DNA from: a virus
Taxonomy: Duplodnaviria > Caudoviricetes
IMG/VR virus record: IMGVR_UViG_3300046057_000005
Span: 1 to 49,902 of that record
Length of the DNA stretch: 49,902 bases
Direction: 5' to 3' (one strand)
A program made the translations under genes and the position numbers. This document shows positions 36,308 through 45,855 of this stretch, in pieces. Below the pieces are notes generated by a model. The model worked only from the letters and a program-made list of their open reading frames with translations. It searched no databases and had not been told where the DNA came from. How positions within the stretch are numbered: the first letter of the stretch is position 1; the number at the start of each line of letters is the position of its first letter.

Positions 36308-38464
36308 CTAATACACTCGGTCGGTGTTCCGATCGATTTGCTCGCGGTACATCCGAACCAGCAATTCCGTCATGTCTGACATACCAGCGTTCACGTAGCC
36401 GTCGGGCGCGACTTCTCCGCCGTCGCCGTTCAGCGCGGGGGCGTCCCGTCCGGTTTCGAATTGCTGTTTCATCTTCGCGCTGGAGATAGACCCGACGCCC
36501 ATGCCAATGACGCGCGTTCCGTCCGCGCGAGCCCCTTGAACGACGTTATTTACCTGTTCGAATTTGGTATCGCCGGGGTACTCGGCGGTCGGTAGCCACT
36601 TCCGGGTCGCGCCGTCCGTAATCACGATTAGCAGTTTTTCGCGTTTGTCCGATCGCTCCATGAGCGATAGCGTCTCAATGATACCGTGACCGGTCGGCGT
36701 TCCGCCGGTCGAAACTATCGAATCCAGCATTTCAGGCTTGAACGCTTCGTTCGGCGCGGTAATCAGCCGCGAGTAGTTCCCGCTGTAACCCGTACTGTAC
36801 GCGGACGCTACGAGTTCGTCGCCGGTTACGTCGGTCGCAATCGATAACGCGAGCAACGCGGCTTTCGCCTTAACTTCGGTCATGGACGAACTCATATCTA
36901 CGCAAACGCCGATACATAGGTTGCCGAACGTTCGAATCTCGCGGTTCAGGTACACGTCTTTGTGCGCGTAATCGCCGCTCATATGGCGATTGACGCCAGC
37001 CATGTTCATCCGATTGCCCCGCCGGTCGGGGCTATCCCGCGGCATACTCGTTAGCTGGCGAAACGCTTCGGCGAGTTCGTCGTCTAAGTCGCGTTCGGAT
37101 AGGTAGCTTTCCACGTCTTCGTGGGGAACGCCTTCGTTGTTTTCAGTGCGTTCGTCGCGCTGTTTGATTCGCTGTGCCATGTCGCTTTGCTCGCGGCGTT
37201 CCTGTTCGCGTAGGCGCTGGGCGCGCTCGCGGGTTTCCTCGCTCGGCGTTTCGTAGCCGTCGGTCGCGTCGTACCAATCTCCACAATCGCCGTCTTCGTC
37301 CGCGCGTTCCATCGCCCCGAGTTCGTCGGCTTGTTCGTCGGTATAGTCGCCGGATTGATTCGCGTCGCTTTCGTCGCGGAAGCCTTCGGGTGACGCGCCG
37401 CCGGGGTCGCTATTCCCATCGTCGTCCGCGTCGTCGCCGCTGGCGTCTTCGTTCTCGGCGTTCTCGCCTATGGAGTTCTCGCCGTCGCCGTCGGCAGTGG
37501 TATCCCCTTCGTCTCCAGCGTCGTCGCTTGTGTCGTCGCTCACGGCGTTCTCGGCGTCCGGCTGTTCGTCCGCTTCGTCCACGCTGTTCGCGTCGCCCCC
37601 ATCGTCCGACCGATCGTATTCTTCGAAGTCCGCGGTCGCGTTCCCGTCTTCGTCTACGCGAGCGTCGGGATTTTCATACGAAACGGGAACCGGATCGCCG
37701 TCTTTGGGGTCGCCTTCGTCGGCCGGCGTCGTATCGATTTCATCCAGCAATTCCGAATCGCTGGGAACATCCGCCGAATCCAGTATGATCTTCATGGCGT
37801 CATGCGCGTACCCGTAGCGCGCCGTCGCGTCGTCTTCATGACGCACCTCTTTCAGCAATCGCCGGAGTTCCGCGAGCGCAATGCGAACGTCGTCGCTCAC
37901 TGATTCGTCGGTTACGTCTTTCGCGTATCCGGCGAACGATATTTGCAAGAAGCCTTCAACGATTTGCTCAACGTCGGTCGCCTTCGATGTGAGCGGCGGC
38001 CGCCTATGGCCGTTACTCATGATCGTTTTCGCGGCGAACGCTTGCGAACGCCGAAGCCCGGCGTAGCGCTTGCCGCGCGTGAAATCGATATAGGCGTCTT
38101 CTACGACGTTATAAACGACTGCCGCCAGCCCCGTGTTGCCGGGGTACAGACGCGCGAACCGCGCCTTATCGCTCAAACCCGATTGGCGGTAGTGTTCGAC
38201 TTCGTGCGAAAGCGTATCGGTCAGAATACGCAATTCGTTCGCGTCCGAAAGGTTGCGGCCGAACACCTCTTTAATATTGACGCCGACCGTAATCTCGGCG
38301 TCGTCCACGAGGTGATTGTTCTCCGGCCGTTCGATTATGCCCGGATCGACGGGCTGGATGAACGACCTATCACTACTGAGTTCGACCGGAATCGCCTTCC
38401 GGGTATTGTAGGTTCGCGTTAGCGACTGTAACAACCGTCGCAATGGTTCGCTGTCTTCGTTCAT
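36308..38464 (-). CDS. VWA-domain partner of MoxR ATPase (CobT/NorD-like) with HExxH N-terminal domain
   Basis: MIDAS DMSSS, GGTP and ITDG motifs; SHEVEH; acidic linker. Confidence 0.85.
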   Translation of the reverse strand: MNEDSEPLRRLLQSLTRTYNTRKAIPVELSSDRSFIQPVDPGIIERPENNHLVDDAEITVGVNIKEVFGRNLSDANELRILTDTLSHEVEHYRQSGLSDKARFARLYPGNTGLAAVVYNVVEDAYIDFTRGKRYAGLRRSQAFAAKTIMSNGHRRPPLTSKATDVEQIVEGFLQISFAGYAKDVTDESVSDDVRIALAELRRLLKEVRHEDDATARYGYAHDAMKIILDSADVPSDSELLDEIDTTPADEGDPKDGDPVPVSYENPDARVDEDGNATADFEEYDRSDDGGDANSVDEADEQPDAENAVSDDTSDDAGDEGDTTADGDGENSIGENAENEDASGDDADDDGNSDPGGASPEGFRDESDANQSGDYTDEQADELGAMERADEDGDCGDWYDATDGYETPSEETRERAQRLREQERREQSDMAQRIKQRDERTENNEGVPHEDVESYLSERDLDDELAEAFRQLTSMPRDSPDRRGNRMNMAGVNRHMSGDYAHKDVYLNREIRTFGNLCIGVCVDMSSSMTEVKAKAALLALSIATDVTGDELVASAYSTGYSGNYSRLITAPNEAFKPEMLDSIVSTGGTPTGHGIIETLSLMERSDKREKLLIVITDGATRKWLPTAEYPGDTKFEQVNNVVQGARADGTRVIGMGVGSISSAKMKQQFETGRDAPALNGDGGEVAPDGYVNAGMSDMTELLVRMYREQIDRNTDRVY

Positions 38465-38525
38465 GGCTTAGGTAGCGCCGTGTTCGTCGGCGCTTATCGG
38501 TCCGTAAGACGCGCCGGGGCATAAG
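38460..38525 (-). repeat. family-B promoter/5'UTR repeat
   Basis: About 60 bp identical to 40211-40270, extending through ATGAAC. Confidence 0.9.
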
Positions 38526-38727
38526 TGTTTCGCGTCTCTTTGCGCAAGCGTTCGCACTCGGCGCGAAACCAGCCGCGAATCCTACCCGCATCGAACCCCA
38601 TCGTTTCGCATGGAAAGCGAATTGGACACTATCGGACGTATGGTATTCGAAGCGACGCCTGAACCGACACCTATCTCTAAACAGCGATAGAACGATATGA
38701 ATGAAGGGTATGCCGGTTTATGAACGC

Positions 38728-40215
38728 TTAGGCAGCGCTTCCGTCCGAATGAACTTCGTCGCGCGCTTCGACGTAGCCTTTGCAATCGGGACACTCGCGC
38801 AACCCGGATGCTTCGGTCGGCGCGTCGGCTTCTATCTCGCTCCAGCCGCAATCGTCGCACCGTAGCACCGTCGTTTTCTCGCTCGCGCGGTCGCTCGTAT
38901 CCTGAATATAGGCGTCTCCGTCGAACGGCGTTCCGTCGAAGCGCGTCCGAATGATTTGAAGAACTTCGTCCGCCGCTGAACCGTTCTCTCCATGCCACGG
39001 TGCGACGACGTAGTTTTTCCCAGCGCGAACGATCGGGCTATCTATCTCCGCTTCGGCGTAGGCTTCGCTCGCGTTCGCCCAATCTAAGAGCGTCCCGGTC
39101 GAAACCGACTTGCGAACGTCCGAATCTTGCGGGTCTTTCGCGCGTTCCCGAACGTCGTTCGCCGCATCAACCATATCCTGAGCGAGTTCGTAGTTCGCGC
39201 CCGTCCGATCCGCGATAAGCGCCGCTTCGCGTTCCGGGTGGCCGTTATCGCGGTCGCCGAGATAGTCCAAATAGAACTTCGCGCCGTAGCGTCGCCGCTC
39301 GGCAAGGTCTAACTCTTGGGTGGCGTAGCCGGGGCCTTCGTTCATCGTCGCAATCACGACGATGTTCGTCGGGTCGCCCCGGATCGTTTCGTTCCCGATT
39401 GCCGGGATGGTCACGCTACCGCGGTCGTCTAACGCGCTGAATAGCGCCGCCTTCGTTTGCGCTGGAGCGCGATTCACTTCGTCTATCAGCAAGACGACGG
39501 TGTTCTCTTGACTGAATCGAAGCGCCTGCGTAACCGGACCGGGCTGGTAAAACGAGTTCGACCCCGAGAACACGGGCGTCCCGACAATATCAGCCGCGTG
39601 GAGGTCGGGGCTACCCTGAACGGTAATCAGCGCCCAATCGTTCCGCGCGGCGATATGGCGAGCGAGGTGGGTCTTTCCCGTCCCGGTATCTCCCGAAACG
39701 AGCGCCCGCACCGGCTTGCCAGTGCGCTCGCGTAGGTCTATCTCCGCGTTTAGTTCGCGTAGTTCGCCGCCGCTCGGGACGTAATCAGCAACGTCGTCGG
39801 GGACGAACCGATCATATTCGTCGTTCCACACGGCGGGCATGGCTTGCTCGCCGTCGCCCGGCTGGTTCGACCCAGCCGGCCCGGCGTCGTTATCGAACGC
39901 TGCACCGTCGCCGAGCGCGCCGCCAAGCGCGTCGGCGAGTTTCCGAACGTCTACGGACCCATCGCCCGATGCGTCCGCTTGTGTGACGTTCTCAGCGCTC
40001 GTATCGGCTTGCACTTCGGGATGGGTTTCGGCCGGGCCGACCGAATACTGGTATGACCCGCCAGAACGCTCGCGGGCGACCGAGTTATTCGGGTCTTCGG
40101 CCATTTCCTTCAACGCCCGCCCGACATGGCGGTGGTCGAGTTCTACGAACTCGGCTATCTCTTTTGCTGTTCTCCGGTCGTCGGCTATCGCGGCGCGGAC
40201 TTCGCTTTCGTTCAT
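38728..40215 (-). CDS. MoxR-family AAA+ ATPase (CbbQ/NirQ/GvpN-like) with N-terminal wHTH and C-terminal Zn ribbon
   Basis: Walker A GDTGTGKT, Walker B LLIDEVNR, ATMN; CDDC...CPDC. Confidence 0.88.
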   Translation of the reverse strand: MNESEVRAAIADDRRTAKEIAEFVELDHRHVGRALKEMAEDPNNSVARERSGGSYQYSVGPAETHPEVQADTSAENVTQADASGDGSVDVRKLADALGGALGDGAAFDNDAGPAGSNQPGDGEQAMPAVWNDEYDRFVPDDVADYVPSGGELRELNAEIDLRERTGKPVRALVSGDTGTGKTHLARHIAARNDWALITVQGSPDLHAADIVGTPVFSGSNSFYQPGPVTQALRFSQENTVVLLIDEVNRAPAQTKAALFSALDDRGSVTIPAIGNETIRGDPTNIVVIATMNEGPGYATQELDLAERRRYGAKFYLDYLGDRDNGHPEREAALIADRTGANYELAQDMVDAANDVRERAKDPQDSDVRKSVSTGTLLDWANASEAYAEAEIDSPIVRAGKNYVVAPWHGENGSAADEVLQIIRTRFDGTPFDGDAYIQDTSDRASEKTTVLRCDDCGWSEIEADAPTEASGLRECPDCKGYVEARDEVHSDGSAA

Positions 40216-40277
40216 GGCTTAGGTAGCGCCGTGTTCGTCGGCGCTTATCGGTCCGTAAGACGCGCCGGGACTTATAG
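40211..40277 (-). repeat. family-B promoter/5'UTR repeat
   Basis: Copy of 38460-38525. Confidence 0.9.
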
Positions 40278-40448
40278 CTTTGCATTGTTCGCGCGAAACA
40301 ACGTAAATCAGGATTGCGCGCGGCGTTCGTCGGCTTTTACGGGTTCGTAAGACGCGCCGATAGGACTAAGATGCGGGCCGCTGTTCGTCTGAGTTAGCCG
40401 CCGGAAAGCGGCGAACGGTGGAGCGGTTCGCCGCCGAAACACAACGAC

Positions 40449-40754
40449 ATGACGCAAGGACGCTACGATGGGGTTCGGGATGAACCCAATCGGCTAATTG
40501 TCTTCCGGTGGCAAAAGCCTACCGGCGACGAACCAAAACCCATGCCATTCCAAAACTATACACCGAAGACTCAAACCAGTCTGAGCGGATCGGATTCAAG
40601 CGAAACGGACGATTCGGACGCGAACGATCAACCGAATAGCGCGGAACTATCCGAAGACTTCCGCGCGGCGCTCATGAATCCCGGACCGATCGAACTCCGC
40701 AATAGCGAACACGCCCGCATGATCCGCGCGCATGATCCGCGCGACCGGGAATGA
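40449..40754 (+). CDS. hypothetical protein
   Basis: First ORF of the divergent block. Confidence 0.5.
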   Translation: MTQGRYDGVRDEPNRLIVFRWQKPTGDEPKPMPFQNYTPKTQTSLSGSDSSETDDSDANDQPNSAELSEDFRAALMNPGPIELRNSEHARMIRAHDPRDRE

Positions 40755-40828
40755 GGATAACCCGCGAATCGTCGGGCTGGAGAACTACCCCGACGCCACG
40801 CCGCGCGACGACGGCGAAGGGGATAGCA

Positions 40829-41707
40829 ATGAGTGAGTACCGCAAGAAAGCGCCGAAACCCGAGCCTGATTGGTTTTGGTTACTGTCCGGCGGTATCGAT
40901 TCGGTCGCCGCGTTCCTTCTAACGAAGGACGCGCTCGCCGAGAACTTCCAAAAGCGGCCAATAGCGATATACTTAGATACTCGCGTCGGGTTGCCGATAC
41001 AACGGTCATACGTCGAACAGGTATGCGACCGATACGATGTTCAGCTATGGACGCTTAGGACGCACGAAAAGTTTGAACGCCGAGTTAGCGGGGCGGGAAA
41101 GTTCGACGGACGGGACGACGCGGGCGCACCGGGCGGCGCGCAACACAAGAACGTTCAGAACGAACTAAAGGGTCGCCAGCGCGACAAAATAGCTGATTTG
41201 TGCGACGGCAAACCGATTTTCATTAGCGGGTCGAACAAGAGCGAATCGCCCGAACGCGCGACGAAACCGAAAATCGAAGAACGTCGCAAGATGTGGTATT
41301 ACAAGCCGGTTTACTCGCTTTCAAAGGCCGATTGCGCCCGGATCATACTGAACCATGAAGATTGCCCGATCAACCCCGCATGGTCATACAACCACGCAAC
41401 GGACTGTTTTTGTTTGGCGAATGGCGACCCTTCGGAATTGGATAAGGTAGAACAGCGGTTCCCCGAGTTCGCCCAGCGACTTCGTGAATTAGAAGAATCA
41501 GCGGTCGGCGACGGCGTTCGTTCAATGCTTGGATGGGACGGTTTGAGCGCGAGCGAGAAATCGGCCAAAAAAGCCGGCCACGACCAAATGGAACTTTGTA
41601 GCGAGGGATGTTCCCGAGCGCAACCGACACCCATCGTGGACGCTTTCGAAGCCCGAGCAACCGGATCGACGGTTGATGAATCACTTACAATCTTGGGGTC
41701 GCAATGA
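40829..41707 (+). CDS. PAPS-reductase-family (PP-loop) protein
   Basis: LLSGGIDS, YLDT.V, SESPERA and DCFC motifs. Confidence 0.8.
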   Translation: MSEYRKKAPKPEPDWFWLLSGGIDSVAAFLLTKDALAENFQKRPIAIYLDTRVGLPIQRSYVEQVCDRYDVQLWTLRTHEKFERRVSGAGKFDGRDDAGAPGGAQHKNVQNELKGRQRDKIADLCDGKPIFISGSNKSESPERATKPKIEERRKMWYYKPVYSLSKADCARIILNHEDCPINPAWSYNHATDCFCLANGDPSELDKVEQRFPEFAQRLRELEESAVGDGVRSMLGWDGLSASEKSAKKAGHDQMELCSEGCSRAQPTPIVDAFEARATGSTVDESLTILGSQ

Positions 41708-41901
41708 TCCGTCGAAGCCGCTTTTGGATGGAAAAGAATAGCCGCAACTCTTTTTAGAACGGCCTTATCGCTATGAGGTAGCTATTGAAACGCGAACAAA
41801 GGAACAGCGAACGATCGCCGTTCCCGCCGCGCAAGTAACCCAGCGTCTCGTCTGACGCTGTTCCTTCGTTCGCGTTTCGGTGGCATAAGCATATCGAAAC
41901 C

Positions 41902-42429
41902 ATGAATGAAAGCCCAGCCGACGAAGACAAAAAGAACTTTCAGCAATTGAAAGAGGAGTACCTGAAAGACCTACGATCGACCGAGAACCGCGACGAGTAT
42001 GTTGCTAACGAATTAGCGAAGTTTGAAATGTCCCGTGATTGGGCGAACGACAAGGTAGATGAACTAACCCATGAAGTCGAATTGCTAAAGGAAAATCAAA
42101 CCAACACGCCCGACGAACGGCTTACGAAAAAAAGAATGGCCGAACTCGTCGCGTTAGACCGGCTGGCGCGGTCGGTAGGATCGGGCGGTTCCTTCGGAGG
42201 GTCGGTCAAATACCGCGAAGCGGCCGACACGACAGAAACCGTTTTCGGGACTGAAATCAACGCGGTCACGGTCTACGATGCTTTCAACGCTATCGCCGAA
42301 AAGCACGAAGGCGTGAACGTAGGAGAAAACAAAGGCGGCGATAAGTGCTTGCGAGCATCAAAAGACGGCATTACCCAAGCCGCACGGAACGAGGTAGCCG
42401 CTTTCCGCGACGAGTACCTGAACGAGTAA
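41902..42429 (+). CDS. hypothetical protein (coiled coil plus possible winged helix)
   Basis: 175 aa; adjacent to the inverted-repeat region. Confidence 0.65.
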   Translation: MNESPADEDKKNFQQLKEEYLKDLRSTENRDEYVANELAKFEMSRDWANDKVDELTHEVELLKENQTNTPDERLTKKRMAELVALDRLARSVGSGGSFGGSVKYREAADTTETVFGTEINAVTVYDAFNAIAEKHEGVNVGENKGGDKCLRASKDGITQAARNEVAAFRDEYLNE

Positions 42430-42465
42430 CGGAACAGGTAGCGGATCATAACGAGCGCGGCCCCG

Positions 42466-42678
42466 TTAAACTTCATCATAACGGCCATGACGGGGGCGAC
42501 CGTTCAGCGAAGGGTTTTTGGTGTTAGCTAATCTACGGATAGACGCGAACCCGCAAAACCGCAAACACTTACCTTACTAAACTAAGGGTTCGTTAGCGGT
42601 GGGTAGACTGCCTTTGCTTGCTAAGCTATCGTCCGTTCAGTTCCGTAGCCGGTGGTTAGCCGTTATGATGAAGTTTAA
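42466..42678. repeat. 20-bp perfect inverted repeat flanking an AT-richer spacer
   Basis: TTAAACTTCATCATAACGGC (42466-42485) and GCCGTTATGATGAAGTTTAA (42659-42678). Confidence 0.9.
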
Positions 42679-42733
42679 AGGTCCAAACGCTAACAAATCT
42701 TCGACGGCCGTTAGAATCGTTCTCGGGGCAATC

Positions 42734-43045
42734 CTACTCGTCGGGGAATACCTGTTCTTCGGTCGGCTTTTCTTTGTTCAAGTCCATCAATTCGACCTTA
42801 CCAGTCATTCCCGTGTTGATGAATATACCCCGCGTTCCGCCACCGCCAACTTTGCCCGCCTGTTCGACCACGCTCTCTTTCACCTCGCGCCGCTCGTACT
42901 CGTTGAATTTTTCCAATATGCGACGGACGAACTCGTTACTATCGATGTGGGTAACGGGTTTGCCTTTTTCTTCAAGTATCTCGCTTACGACTATCTCCAT
43001 TTCAACCCGATCAACCCGTCCCGGCTCGGTTTCGCTGTTTCCCAT
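42734..43045 (-). CDS. hypothetical protein (possible winged helix)
   Basis: ATG 4 nt from GTCTTAC (43050); divergent from the ORF at 43142. Confidence 0.6.
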   Translation of the reverse strand: MGNSETEPGRVDRVEMEIVVSEILEEKGKPVTHIDSNEFVRRILEKFNEYERREVKESVVEQAGKVGGGGTRGIFINTGMTGKVELMDLNKEKPTEEQVFPDE

Positions 43046-43141
43046 GCGCGTCTTACGAACCGCCGAAGTGTATAACCACCGGCTAACCACCTTCGTCCCG
43101 GTAGCTATATCCCTAATTGGTCCGTCTTACGTCTTACAAGC

Positions 43142-43819
43142 ATGGCCGAACAACCTCAAACCGAGACACCGGACGGAATACCGGAGTTCGTGAACGACTT
43201 CTTTGCGTTCGTGGAGCAATTCGAAGACCTCGAAAGCGTCGCAACGACGGACGAAGCGAAGATACTCGGCGACCGCGATAATCCCGAAGCGGGTCGCGTC
43301 ATGATCGATTTGGAACTCCCAAGCATCCCCCAATCGGTGCGGGACGTTCTAAACGAACACGACGCAACGATAGCCGACGCGAACGCCTTCGGGTCCGTCC
43401 TATCCGTAACCGCTCGCCTTTCCGCACACGACGATACCGGCGACACGAACGATACTGATACCGCGGCCGAAGACGCCCAGCCCGACGAACCGAGCGACGA
43501 ACCAGCCGCACCCGAATCCGACCCAAATCCGACCCAATTCGAAGGCGAACCCAAACTTCAACCAGTCCCGAAGTTAGAACCGTTCGAACGAATCCAAACC
43601 CGGCCAATCTATCGATCCGGTCATAGCCCGACTATGACGCTGGATAAAGAGCTATTAGCGGCGAGCGGGCTATCGCTTGGCGACGAAGTTAGCCAATACG
43701 CTACCGACGGCCGCGTATTGCTCCTACGCGACGACAAAGACCCATACGAAGACTCAGACGAAGACGACGCCGAAACCAGCAACGAAACGAACAGCGGGAA
43801 AGAGGATGCCGAACCATGA
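43142..43819 (+). CDS. protein with C-terminal AbrB/MazE-like DNA-binding domain
   Basis: RPIYRSGHSPTMTLDKELLAASGLSLGDEV; tandem GTCTTAC x2 upstream. Confidence 0.65.
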   Translation: MAEQPQTETPDGIPEFVNDFFAFVEQFEDLESVATTDEAKILGDRDNPEAGRVMIDLELPSIPQSVRDVLNEHDATIADANAFGSVLSVTARLSAHDDTGDTNDTDTAAEDAQPDEPSDEPAAPESDPNPTQFEGEPKLQPVPKLEPFERIQTRPIYRSGHSPTMTLDKELLAASGLSLGDEVSQYATDGRVLLLRDDKDPYEDSDEDDAETSNETNSGKEDAEP

Positions 43820-44019
43820 CCGAGAACGTCAATAACGCCATGATCGAATGTAACGAGTGTTCGATAGACCGACCGATACAAGAAATACCCAAGGACGAAA
43901 CCATAGAGCTATGCGAATATCACCAAGCGAAGGTAGAACACGGTTTCAAGAAAATCGGTGACGCCATGAAGCGATTCAGTGACGCCGCCAAGGATTTAAA
44001 AAGGGGACCGTATCAATGA
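43816..44019 (+). CDS. small Zn-finger protein
   Basis: CNEC...CEYH; coupled. Confidence 0.65.
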   Translation: MTENVNNAMIECNECSIDRPIQEIPKDETIELCEYHQAKVEHGFKKIGDAMKRFSDAAKDLKRGPYQ

Positions 44020-44432
44020 ACGACGTTCTGACGGCGTTCCCGCTGAACACCGCGGCAACCGGCGAACCGATCATTCCCGAGTTCCCGCTTTCGGAATTGC
44101 TGGATTCGGTGGGGCTGGAGTTCGGACGGATCGAAACCCATGTAGTGAACAACGAAACGCCGGGCGAGCGCAAGCGCTCGTATCTCGTCCAAAAACTCGG
44201 GATTGATACGACGAACTACGAATCCCGCAACGACGTATGGCCGATTCACGGCTGTTCGTGCAAGGCGTTCAAATTCCAAGAACTACCCTACCCCGAAGAC
44301 ATAGAAGACGCGCCGATGTACGGGATAAACAACGACGTAGGCGCTTGTAAGCACATCAAAGCGGTCATGAAGGCCGACCGAACGATAGAACAGCGCGACG
44401 ACGACCAAAGCGGAATGGATGGATTCGAATGA
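44016..44432 (+). CDS. SWIM zinc-finger protein
   Basis: CSCKAF...CKHI. Confidence 0.75.
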   Translation: MNDVLTAFPLNTAATGEPIIPEFPLSELLDSVGLEFGRIETHVVNNETPGERKRSYLVQKLGIDTTNYESRNDVWPIHGCSCKAFKFQELPYPEDIEDAPMYGINNDVGACKHIKAVMKADRTIEQRDDDQSGMDGFE

Positions 44433-44668
44433 CTGAAATCAGCGCCTTCGGCTATTCAACGCCACTGGCAGCGCTCGGTGCAATCGCGTTCTTCGTCGGT
44501 CTGTTCTGGTTGATCCTATCGTATGATGAATACTACGTCGATCAACCCGGACCGGGGCTTACGATCCAGCGGAGTCACCGGTGGAGGGTTTCAACCGCTG
44601 CAATCGCAACGACGCTGTTGGGCGCGGCGACCGTCGCGTTTGAACTGATAGCGGCCGTAGTTCAATGA
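44429..44668 (+). CDS. membrane protein (2 TM)
   Basis: Two hydrophobic helices; coupled. Confidence 0.6.
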   Translation: MTEISAFGYSTPLAALGAIAFFVGLFWLILSYDEYYVDQPGPGLTIQRSHRWRVSTAAIATTLLGAATVAFELIAAVVQ

Positions 44669-45012
44669 CTGAGAACGATAGCGATAGCCCGAGCGAAGAC
44701 GCCGAGAACAACGAAGACGAGTATATCGTAACGACGCAAATCCGTCGCAACGTAGACGTAGAAGTAACGGCCGAATCGCAACAAGATGCGCGCGAACTCG
44801 CCGTAGAAAGCGCCCAAGAGGTAGCGCCCGCCGGCTTCGTCGTTAGCCCGATCATAGTCGAATACGCCGAAGGAACACATTCGAAGCGAATCATGGATAA
44901 CGTGAAACGCTCGGTCATAGGAACCGACGGCGAACCAGCCGATTCGGTACAACGCCGGACCGACGACGAACCGAACGAAAACGACGAAGCGGAAACGGAA
45001 GCGAACGATTAA
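44665..45012 (+). CDS. acidic hypothetical protein
   Basis: Coupled ORF. Confidence 0.6.
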   Translation: MTENDSDSPSEDAENNEDEYIVTTQIRRNVDVEVTAESQQDARELAVESAQEVAPAGFVVSPIIVEYAEGTHSKRIMDNVKRSVIGTDGEPADSVQRRTDDEPNENDEAETEAND

Positions 45013-45018
45013 TCCCCC

Positions 45019-45453
45019 ATGCCACGCACCCATACTTTAGAATTTGACCGGCTGGATAGTGCAAACGAAGCGCGAAAAGTCGCGGGTCCGTGGCTCGCCG
45101 AATCCGACGACCGACGCCTAACCAAGATCGAAGTCCAAACGACCGTTCCACACGACGTTCTCGGCTTGCTTGAATGGCGCGAATACCGATCAACTCCCAG
45201 CCGACGCTTCGGCCAATCAGCGCTAACGAGCGCCGAACGCTACCACATCAGGCTACCCAAAACGGAAGCTGGCGGCGCGAACATCTTCCACGCGCGTAGC
45301 TGTAAAGCGATAGCCGAAAAAATGGAGGTGTCCGACTGGGTTGCGCATTACGACCCGACGCTAACGGTAGACGAACACTTTGATGTTTACGAGGGCGTCA
45401 GAACTGACGTTCCTCGCTCGGTCGTTCCCTCGTATATGCGAGGAAAGGGGTAG
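45019..45453 (+). CDS. hypothetical protein
   Basis: 144 aa; globular-looking; last gene of the operon. Confidence 0.65.
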   Translation: MPRTHTLEFDRLDSANEARKVAGPWLAESDDRRLTKIEVQTTVPHDVLGLLEWREYRSTPSRRFGQSALTSAERYHIRLPKTEAGGANIFHARSCKAIAEKMEVSDWVAHYDPTLTVDEHFDVYEGVRTDVPRSVVPSYMRGKG

Positions 45454-45855
45454 CCCGCTGGATTCATATACCTACGCGAGATAGGTACAATCGCCCCTTA
45501 GATGGGGCGGCTTAGGTAGCGTGTTCGTCGGACCCCTTCGGGGGTCCGTTCCGCTATAAATCGCCCATGAGCGCCCAGCCCGGCGTTCGCCGCCCGCCGA
45601 GACGCCGATACTCTTATGCTAACTACGCCCGACGCAACGAACGCGAACGGCGTTTACTGTCCGCGTCGTTCGCCAAAGCTCCCACCCTGTAATCGGGCCG
45701 CGCCGACTCGTGGGCGGCGAAGCGGTTGATTCGCGGCTTTTCTCCGCGATAGTCCGCGTTCGGCCCGATTTTCAACCCAGTCCCGAGAACCTACCGGCGT
45801 CTTCTTGCGGGCGAGTTCCCGTTATTCCTATCAGTACCCGACCCGTCTTACCCGC

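Noticed and set aside
42466-42678. MITE with TTAA target duplication
   Set aside because: TTAA is self-complementary and part of the inverted repeat; the element is single-copy and no transposase is present. An origin or operator reading is preferred, though not proven.
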